Of a stretch of 64,000 nucleotides of DNA, positions 39,683 through 49,429 are shown one piece after another. The notes below the pieces were generated by a model, which saw only the letters and a list, made by a program, of their open reading frames with translations, ran no database searches and was not told where the DNA came from. Within the stretch, counting starts at the first letter, position 1. Each line of letters opens with the position of its first letter. Location of the stretch: the NCBI GenBank assembly GCA_964234715.1, contig OZ174292.1; one strand, 5' to 3'. The DNA comes from Podarcis melisellensis. Taxonomy: Eukaryota. Made by a program: the position numbers and the translations under genes.

Positions 39683-40037
39683 CTGCAAGAAAATAAAAGA
39701 CAATTTATTCAATTGGCAGGAAATTACACCACAGCACCATGACTAGTTTTTTTAAAAAGTATAGCAATGCGGTTTGGTGAAGGGACACATACAATTCAAA
39801 ACAGAATGCTGTTTTATTCAAGTATTGTCGAAAACAAAAACAAAATATTATGGGAAAAGCATTTTGTTGCGACAATAATTTAACTAAACATTTGCGAAGG
39901 AGAAAATTGATGTTGCTTTAAAATGGCAAGCAGCATCAGAGGCTTGGGGACTTTTGGTTCATATGCAGAAAATTTGTGTTGCCATGGTAAAGATTTATCT
40001 GTTGTTGTTTTTTTGAAGCAGATTGTATGCCCCTTAC

Positions 40038-40307
40038 CTTTCACAGTTATCTGTGCTATTGCTTCTATAACACCAAGAGTAGACATAGCAACACAAGTGT
40101 AATTTGCAGATTGCCTGACGTCATTTAGCTCCAGGACATTCCTTCCTATTGGCATGTCATCTTCCGGGGTAAGATCTTCTGCTCCCAGCATCCATTTCAC
40201 ATATGGCATTGGAGACCCCACAGCAACACAGGTGATGTTAACACTCCCTCCAGGCATAATTTCATGGTTGGTGGGTGGGATCGAAAACCTTGGTGGGACC
40301 CGACGAA
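40038..40307 (-). CDS. PTPRD: PTPRD exon, Ig3 ([12 protein letters not shown]...IAQITVK), 270 nt
   Basis: Translation; acceptor ttccag|TT, donor AAAG|gtaagg. Confidence 0.97.
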
Positions 40308-42337
40308 CTGGAATAAAACACACATAAAGCTAATAACCCATACAAAAATGGAGAACATAGATCTTGCACACAAGAATACATGCATTTGTAGATACACTTT
40401 CAACGATTAATTGCTACTTTTATTTGCCGAAAATAAAATATAGACCAGACAGGTATATTGTCTGTACATATTTGTTTACATTTATTCATCAATATCTTTA
40501 ACCACATTCATACAAAGCTTCCCCCCCCCACCCCAGACCTAGTAGGGCCTCACAATTAACTAACTATATACTAACAATACACCAAACACCATGCAAAAGA
40601 TACACACACATACACACACATATATATGCATGCATATTCTGTATGCATATGTATACATATATATGCACAGAAGAAAACTGGAGAGTCGACAGCATGCTTG
40701 AGTTGAGTATCAAAACCAACTTCAACGCTGCACACTTCCAGCTGATGTGAAGAAATGTGCTGCAACACATTGTCACATCACAGCCCTGAGACACATCACC
40801 TACGGTACACGGAAAAATGCAATTCTGATTTGCTGTCAGACTCAAAAAGTGGATGCAGCCTCAAGACCTCACACTAACACTGAAACAGACATGGGATATA
40901 TATAGATATATATATAGTCACAGGAGAAGAAACAAGGCAAAGCCAGTATGAGTACTGGTTTTGGTCATGCAGGCAAGCAAATGACAAGAGTCTATAGGGA
41001 ATCATGCTTAGGGAGGAATGATAGGAGAGAGAGAAACTGTATAGGGAAACAAAAACAATTAAAAGGAAAGGGAAAGGAAACATATTGGGATAGAGAATAG
41101 GTTTTTTTAAAAAAATGTGAAGGCAAGATAGTTTAAAAGAAACAGGGATATTAAGAGGGTAGGACAGAGAATAGGAGGATATTTGTTTAAGCTTGGGATT
41201 ATTATGAAGCAAGTATACGGTGGCAGGGAAGGAGAAGAACATTAAAACATTCCGGGTTCCATGGCGTTCACACAGAGGGGGAAGCAAAATAAGCTGCTAG
41301 GATTAATAATACTACTAAAAGCAGCTCTACGTGTACAAAATGAGGGACAGTGATATCTAAACTATTTAGCAGCAGGGCATTGCATTAACAGAGTAGTTAA
41401 TATTTAAGAAAACACAACACTGAGAAAATTACCAGGCAATAACAGATCAGTGTTCCTGCTTCAAATATTTTCTGTGTGCATGTGTGTGCATGTGTAGCGC
41501 AAGAGGCAACAGAGGCCTGTGCTTTCATTGCACACAATACGTTGTGCTTTACGGGGGCCTTCAAAACAAGGATGTCTTTGATTCAGCGAAATAAACAAAC
41601 CGATTCATAAATAAATGGCTACGGTCCCGGCCAGAGAACGTTAGTCATAATCACATCCCATTGAAATCAATGGGAGGTAGGTTAGTGGTCATTAAATCCA
41701 TCCACTGAAGTTAATGGCAGGGGGTGGGGAATGGTTTAGCGTTATACGCCGACAAGTGTGATTTAAGAGCGGCGAACTTTTGCTGGATTAAGGGGCTACG
41801 AATACAAAGCAATCATTTCATTACCCTTTGCAGTGAATCGAGATAAATTTCTAGAGATTCGATAGGGGCTTACGGTGATGGCCTCGTGAGTGAATGGGAC
41901 TGGCATAGGGAGGACAAAGAGCGAAACATGCCTTCAGCAGCCAATCAACCGAGGTCACGCAAAGCAAGTGAGGGGCAATGCAGAATTTGTAGTACTGAAA
42001 GAAAACGGAAAACGGAAAAAGAAAAAAAAAACTTAGGAGAAATATTAGTCTTCATGCTTGGGCTGCTTAAAGGAGCATCTGCTGGAACTCATTCCCGTAT
42101 CAGCAGGCATTAACAACGGAAATCAAAGGGAAATAAAATTGAAGAAGGAAAAGAAGATAAAAAGAAGCAGAAGCAGGAACACTGACCAGATTGACAACTC
42201 CTTGAAGTCTTAAGCGTGTTACTGGCTTGTCATGCACCCAGCCTCTCTCCCTCTGTCTACATGCACAACGATACCAGCACACATTAGAAGCCATGACCGG
42301 GGCATTCTCTGCTTAAACATAACATCAACTTAAAAAT

Positions 42338-42574
42338 NNNNNNNNNNNNNNNNNNNNNNNNNNNNNNNNNNNNNNNNNNNNNNNNNNNNNNNNNNNNNNN
42401 NNNNNNNNNNNNNNNNNNNNNNNNNNNNNNNNNNNNNNNNNNNNNNNNNNNNNNNNNNNNNNNNNNNNNNNNNNNNNNNNNNNNNNNNNNNNNNNNNNNN
42501 NNNNNNNNNNNNNNNNNNNNNNNNNNNNNNNNNNNNNNNNNNNNNNNNNNNNNNNNNNNNNNNNNNNNNNNNNN
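42338..42574. other. N-gap (237 nt), inferred position of mini-exon meB (ELRE)
   Basis: N run between the Ig2 and Ig3 exons; two TGCATG motifs downstream (42231-42236, 42260-42265). Confidence 0.6.
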
Positions 42575-43802
42575 CTTGTTCTAATCAAACCTTACTACCT
42601 CAGCTCTGACCGTAAGCAATTTCTCGCAGCTATCGCGGTATTAGGAACTAGCATCATTTGAGTGGGGAAAGGGGAACTCCTTCAAGTCGTAACGGCACAC
42701 ATGCCTCATGCAAGAAACACTACTTTGAAAGGAAAAGGACCAGATAGCTTCCTAAGGAGGCCAAAATAACCTCCGAACCCTTTCTAGTCAGAAAGCTAAA
42801 TCATAAATATATATTATCAAAGTTTTGTACAGCGTTCCCCACACCAAAGTAATGAGCTAACAGCTGTATGAACTGAAATCTTCCCTCATCTTTTTTCCCT
42901 CTCCTTCTCATTCCAAACCACCCTTTATTTTTGCAGGGAGATGGGATTATTTGTATAAATTATATAGAAAGGGGTGCTCTCATTTCAGAGCCAGACCCTA
43001 GAAACTGTGCCAGAAAGAAGCCACTTTAAATATATAAAACTAAGAGCTTCCATAGGTTTAAAAAGCAATCATGCCTGTTAGAATGTACTTTTTATGAATT
43101 TATCCTCCCAACTCATATCTATCAAAAAAGACAAATCTGTCTGCACCCCTCCCCCTTTTGAAAAATACAAAGAACAGCCAGTTCATTACAGCAGTGCCAG
43201 GGATTACGTATTACTGATAAAACTTCAATTTAAGAGTATGTATGTATATATATATATTTATAGCTCTACGAAACTAAGCTTAAAGAAACAGAGAAGGCAG
43301 GCCACACCACTGTCCTCTTCGGCGAGAATTTCCAAGCTAAGAACTTTTCCTTTTCAGCTCAGAAGCAGAGGTCATGTGGGTACAACATACCTCAGCACCC
43401 CGAGTTTCAATTAGAGCTAAATTAGTTGCACAGCAAGCAATCGCATTAGGAATTATAAACCAAAGAAAGGAGAAGAGGAAAACCCAAAAATAAATGCAAC
43501 GCTCAGGTCAATAGTCAATGCAGGAAAAAGTAGAAGTCAAGATGTAAAAACGGAAGCATACTTACAAACCTTAAGTCCACAGGGGTGGATTGGACTCAAA
43601 GGTGCCTTTATTCATATTCCTCCCCTTGTCAAATTCATACTCTAAGCCTTTTTTTCCCCAATGTTTATTTTCCTTTTCCCCCACCCCACCCCTTTGCCCA
43701 GATACTTTTGCTTATTACTGTAGTTATGGCATAGATCCCGAGAGTAACTTAATGCCCCTTGCGCCTGACTGAAGGGTAGATACCCGGGTTTATCATTCCT
43801 AC

Positions 43803-43913
43803 CTCTGACATATAGATTGGCAGGGGCAGAATACCGTGTCCCTGCACTGTTGGTTGCAACACACTCATATTTGCCTTGGTCAGATTCTTCGCTCAGTTCG
43901 ATTTGGAGGGCAC
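43803..43913 (-). CDS. PTPRD: PTPRD exon, second part of Ig2 ([37 protein letters not shown]), 111 nt
   Basis: Translation; acceptor ttacag|GT, donor AGAG|gtagga. Confidence 0.97.
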
Positions 43914-45613
43914 CTGTAAGGATATAAAATACATTGCCAAAGAGACTGTCAATGAAGGGTTTTTCAGCTCCCAACGACACACCGCTTAATAATAATGAAA
44001 AGCCCTGTATGCGGAGGTCCACTCAACGTCGGTTCATTTTCTCGCTACAGTGGCACAGACAAAAAAAATAAATTATGATGTGATGAAAAAAACAAAGAGA
44101 TTATTTTTTTCACACCATCAATGCTAGCACAGGAAAACAATCTGCATTTGGCAAACATATTTTCTAGCACAATATACTGTTTTCTCCTAGACTATTAAAA
44201 TGAAGATGGGTGAGACTGCTTCAAGGAAATATGGCTTTAAAACAAAGCATAGGATATTAGGTCATAGGGTTGTCACTGTTTAGCTGATTAGATTATTTTT
44301 TATTTATTTATTTGCGCAGCAAAAGTAATAATACAAAAGGTGGCACTCGGCAAAAAGAAGAAAAAAGAAGAAGAAAAAAGGGAGAAGATGGGTTTCAAGA
44401 AAGTCTTCCGCTGAAGAAGGCCAAAAATGTGCAGCGAGTACAAAAAAAGGGGCTGCTTAAAGTGAAAAAAGAAACAAATTAGTCATTTATAGTAATCAAA
44501 ATATTCCTTTAAAGAAACAAAACTCCCTTAAAGACATGCAGATTGGTAAGAAAAAGAAAGACATTTCGCCACAACTTACAATCGTTTTAGTGCATTTGCT
44601 GAAAAACAAGAGCAGTTGAATTAGGAGGCAAAAAAAATGTTAAAAAGCAGGGGCCAAGCCAACAAGGAAGAAGCAACCAATCACTGCTGGGGACCATCGG
44701 GATGTCAGCCCTAAGACACCCATCAAAATCCACGGCTGGGATTAGCAGTGTGGTGTCACAAAACCCAAGAAAAAAAACAAAACAAGAATTACAAAAGACA
44801 TGAGCAGTTGTTTTTTTTAATATAAAATGATTAAAAACCAGCAATACCACATTTTATCACCAAGAATACTGAGTCATCAACCTTTCCATTTCCAAAGCCT
44901 GAAGATCAGAAGGATCCAAAAATCCAGAGATGGGTAAATCCAAGAAGAAAAAATATATATATAGTTGCTGTAATTTATTAGGGAGAAGAATGTGGTGGGT
45001 TTTTTTCTTGTTGTTTTACTTTACTTTATTAAAGTTAAAAGAAAAATATATAATTGAACAAAAATAAAAAATAAAATAAACCCCCTTGAAAGACAAAGTT
45101 AAAAAGTAGATATTCCATGTTGTCGTCTGCATGTCTGCAACTGTTCTCCAGACCATCTTGGCTTGGTCCAAAACAAGAACAGCTAAGGAAGAAAAAAAAT
45201 GATCTTTTTTTTTTTGCTCCAGTTGGACCAAAAAAAAAGAAAGAAAAAAAGGGGAAAAAAAGAGAAAAGAAAAAAGGTAGAAAAAGAAGAAGAAAAAAAG
45301 GAATAGAGGGACAAATGGTACGCTGTGACTGGGTTGTGTGGCCTGAAGACCTGGATATGCTTTCTTTGAAGCATATCACAAAGTAACGAATCTTTTTTGA
45401 AAGAAAAAGAAGAAAAGAATGAATGAATGAATGAATAAACACAACTTTTTTTTCTTTTCAATGAAAAGTGAAAAGGATGGTGGTGAAAAAAACAAAACCA
45501 CAAGATGGAAGTCACTGATCAAAACTCAATAGGAAGAAATAAAGATGAAGGACATTTCTGTAATGCATTTGTTTGTTTTTTTAAAAAATGGATATTATGG
45601 AAGGTATGAAAGG

Positions 45614-45745
45614 NNNNNNNNNNNNNNNNNNNNNNNNNNNNNNNNNNNNNNNNNNNNNNNNNNNNNNNNNNNNNNNNNNNNNNNNNNNNNNNNNNNNNNN
45701 NNNNNNNNNNNNNNNNNNNNNNNNNNNNNNNNNNNNNNNNNNNNN
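45614..45745. other. N-gap (132 nt), inferred position of mini-exon meA6 (GGTPIR)
   Basis: N run preceded on the minus strand by a branch-point-like and pyrimidine-rich stretch ctctaatttgattcttcttcc; meA6 not found elsewhere. Confidence 0.6.
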
Positions 45746-46414
45746 AGGGCTTTGGAAGAAGAATCAAATTAGAGTTACAGAATTAAATAAGGTCTTAAAA
45801 GAAACTTGAATTTCTATACTGTAAAAACAGGAATATATACTTTTAGGTACAATTCTTAGATTATAAAAAACAAAATAGCAGTGTACCAAATTGGGCAAAG
45901 GCCATTATTTTCAGGGGGGAAGGGGCAAGGCAGATCATTCTTACAAGAGCTTAGGTGTTTGGTTATATAGGGTTAAAATATATATATTGCATAGGCCTGA
46001 AATCCTAAAAGAAAACCTTTACAACACTATATTTAATACATAGTTTAGGAAGAGATACTGGATAACTATTAAAGTGAGAAATATATATATATAGTATATG
46101 AAGATATATATATATATATAATAGAGAGAAATAGAGAGAGAGAAAGAGGCTATCTGGAAATAAATACTGATTATGTTGGACTCACTTGTCATATACTGCA
46201 CTACAGCTAAGTGATACTTGTGTATTGTTCCTTCTAACTTGAGAGTTACTAGGACTGATACGACAACATTTCTGTGAAGGGTTGTGTGTGTGCCGCTACA
46301 AAGGTCCGGTGGCTACACTGTCTGTTAGTAAAATGCATGCCATGCATTTTAAGAGTAATCATCATCATCATTATAATAATACCATAATCATAGTATTCTG
46401 CATATGAAAATTAG

Positions 46415-46578
46415 NNNNNNNNNNNNNNNNNNNNNNNNNNNNNNNNNNNNNNNNNNNNNNNNNNNNNNNNNNNNNNNNNNNNNNNNNNNNNNNNNNNNNN
46501 NNNNNNNNNNNNNNNNNNNNNNNNNNNNNNNNNNNNNNNNNNNNNNNNNNNNNNNNNNNNNNNNNNNNNNNNNNNNNN
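46415..46578. other. N-gap (164 nt), inferred position of mini-exon meA3 (ESI)
   Basis: N run; meA3 not found elsewhere between 43913 and 47684; TGCATG and TACTAAC motifs just downstream on the minus strand. Confidence 0.6.
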
Positions 46579-47683
46579 TGAAAATTGACTTCTAGTTTTA
46601 CATTAACAGAAGCTTAATCTACACAGTTCTGCTGACAACAAGCATTAGCAGTTGGTTAACAAGACTGGCTTAACATCACAGGACAGGTCAAAAAGGCTGA
46701 AAGTTCTGGGAAGATATATGGCTAGACAACTTGATTCCGCAAGAAGATCACTATCACAGCCGAAGTAGACTGCTAATTATATATCCCACCCTTTTGTAGT
46801 ATATTAATATGGGAATAAGATTTACATTTAGTAAATGATTTAGAGTTATCTTATTATGAAGCTGCAAAGACCATAAGGTGGAGTTGAAAGGAGTCATTGG
46901 AGAAAGAGCAGCGAAAGCCGGGCTCTACTTCAAATGCAGGCTTCTGTAGATCTGGACACGCTAATATTGACAAAGCTTTGGGTTTATGCACACTACTGTG
47001 GCTAAATGCACCAGAAAATAAATCTCAGCCAGTAAAAATCTCTCCCTTCACAGGCTAACCCATTGATTTGAGATTATTATTCTTGGTTGGCTTGCTTGCT
47101 TTGGGGTCAGGGAGGATGTTAAGATAGTGCACATGAGAAAAGTAGAGTGAGCCATGTACTAGTGAGAGAAACGGAAGATGTGTCCAAACTGTCTAATCTT
47201 TGGTGGATTCAAAACGTTGAAAAGAACTCACAAAACACCATTGTTATAGAATATTTTAATTGTCAAATAAAGAAAAATAGATTGGGTTTGATGGATATAA
47301 CCATTGGTACTCCTTGCATATTCTGAAGTCCAATGTTGAAATAACTTTTTTAAATAAAATAATAATAATATAGATAGGGATAGAGAGAATGGATCTGTCA
47401 AATACTGCCAAAAACGCAGTAAATAAACTGAAAATATCAAAACTACAGTCACAGCAAGTGAGCGTTGTGGAGTAAACAGATGCTGCAAAACACACAAACA
47501 AATAGACTCTGGAAACAGGCTATGACGATAACACAGACATGGACAACACGCTCGACAACATAAAAAAGAAGAAGAGAAGAAGAAATCATAACCTATAAAA
47601 TAAAATAAAAATAATTAAAAAGGAACGTAAAATAAGAGAGAGTATAATTTTGGGCATTAGTGCAAACAGTAACAAGACCTTAC

Positions 47684-47872
47684 CTGATCGTAATTGTTTG
47701 ATACGTCCATTGTTGTTGCTCGTGTCCACGGGTAAAAAATCTTTGAACCAAGTTATTTCAGGATCAGGATTCCCACTGGCTGCACATAACATGGTGGCCG
47801 TTCTAGTGCGTTCAACCACCTTTAATTGCGGGCCCATATCAATGGTGGGGAAACCACGAGGAATTTGATCCT
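47684..47872 (-). CDS. PTPRD: PTPRD exon, first part of Ig2 ([16 protein letters not shown]...GRIKQLRS), 189 nt, phase 1/1
   Basis: Translation matches PTPRD Ig2; acceptor tttttcag|AG, donor TCAG|gtaagg. Confidence 0.97.
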
Positions 47873-48725
47873 CTGAAAAAGAGATAAACATCAGGTTTAT
47901 AAAACATTTCCTATCACAGCTACATTTGCACATCCTCTAAATGTGTGTTCCAAACACACTGGGTTGCATCCATTGTCGTCACACAGCCATGAGTTAAGGC
48001 TTCCATCAGTGAAAAGGAGTTAGAAAGTTTTTTTGGTTTTGTGTGTCTGTGTGTGTGTGTTGCAATTTCTCCTCCTCCTCCTCCCTGCACTCTAATCCTC
48101 TGAATCTGGAGCCTTTCTAGATCAGATGAGGCAAAGGAGGGAGTTGGGTATCACTAAAAGATACGAAAAGATACTGACAAAAAGCTTCCAACTACATTGG
48201 TACCTTGGTTGTCCATCAACTTGGCTCCCAAACAAATTGGCTCCCGAACGCCGCAAACCCAGAAGTGAGTGTTTCTGTTTGTGAACGTTTTTTGGAAGCT
48301 GAACATCCGACACGGCTTCTGATTGAGTGCAGGAAGCTCCTGCAGCCAATCGGAAGCCACACCTTGGTTTTCGAATGGACTCCCGGAATGGATTAAGTTT
48401 GACAACCAAGGTATCACTGTATTGAGCAACACTGTTTAATACAACTAATTTTGTCTACGGTTAGAGAAAACGATTTCATCCTGGCGTGTGATCGCCAAGC
48501 ATAGTTTAAGCAAACCACGTCTTCCCAAGCTGGGATCTTTTGGAAGAGTCAGGATTGCTGACCCAGAGGTACAAATTCAAATCTCACTCAGGTGCATGGA
48601 AGCCTCTCTTAGGTGGCTATTTAGATCCATATCTGATTAAACAGGTATGATCAGAATAAGCATAGATCCATAACAAAAATGTCCAGACATGTATGGTGTT
48701 TGGGGGGGGGGGGTTTACTGCTTAT

Positions 48726-49429
48726 TGTTATGAGGGGGAAAAAACTTCTCCTTTTCCCTTATGGGGTACCCAAGGGTCCATATAGAGTCCTTTTGTAGGT
48801 TCCCTATTGGTAGGAGAAAATAACAGAGACCAACCAGAGAATATTGAGAAGCAAAGCAGCTAGTAAGCCTGATCTTTATTAGAGCTGTTGCAACAGGGTG
48901 CCCCCCTTACACGCAGGAGAGAGGAGGAGGACCCAGAGCCATGTGTGCAAGCCCTTATATAGACATTTTAAATTGCTCGCCCTGGAGTCCAAAACCACCC
49001 CCAGAAACATCATACATACCATACATCACAGAAGGTGTGTAGCCTAAGACCACCCCCAGATACATCATACCTACATCACAGAAAAGGCGGTCTACAACAG
49101 AATACTGAGTGTGTTGTTTATCTCCTGTCTGGCAAATTACCTGATTGCATTATCTGGGTTTTGGCCACTCTTTTGTTATTATAACTACTTAATTCCTGAC
49201 TCTAGGTCACAGGCTCACACCCTGTTCATATCTTGAATGTGCCCTTAAGACAGGATTTGTGAGGATGGGATTTGTGAGGAAAGAGACAATGGGGAGGTTT
49301 CCCACTTTGACCTAGCAGAGAAATATTTGAGGTGAATTTGTTCAGGACCTTTTCTGTGGGATTACAGACATGTGGTCTATGTATACAGTTATGAACATTT
49401 ATATATATAACGTTAAAATTCTTATAACA
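48726..49429 (-). mobile_element. Solo LTR (ERV- or Gypsy-type), 704 bp
   Basis: TGTTATGAG...CTTATAACA termini, 4-bp TSD TTAT, minus-strand TATATAAG (~48954-48961) followed by AATAAA (~48875-48880), U3-like direct repeats at ~48995-49085. Confidence 0.75.

Noticed and set aside
40690-40885. Several AG...GT micro-segments (7, 21, 79 nt) upstream of the Ig3 exon
   Set aside because: Each contains a stop or breaks frame with no compensating partner; expected by chance in pyrimidine-rich introns
42581-42602. let-7/miR-98-like string TGAGGTAGTAAGGTTTG on the minus strand
   Set aside because: 3' half diverges from let-7 and no complementary arm is visible; the adjacent gap prevents full exclusion
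44882-44898. cttcag|GCTTTGGAAATGGAAAG|gttgat, 17-nt candidate
   Set aside because: Weak donor; frameshifting alone and gives TAA when joined to the 19-nt candidate
45016-45515. F- and K-rich ORFs
   Set aside because: Translations of intronic polypyrimidine/polypurine tracts
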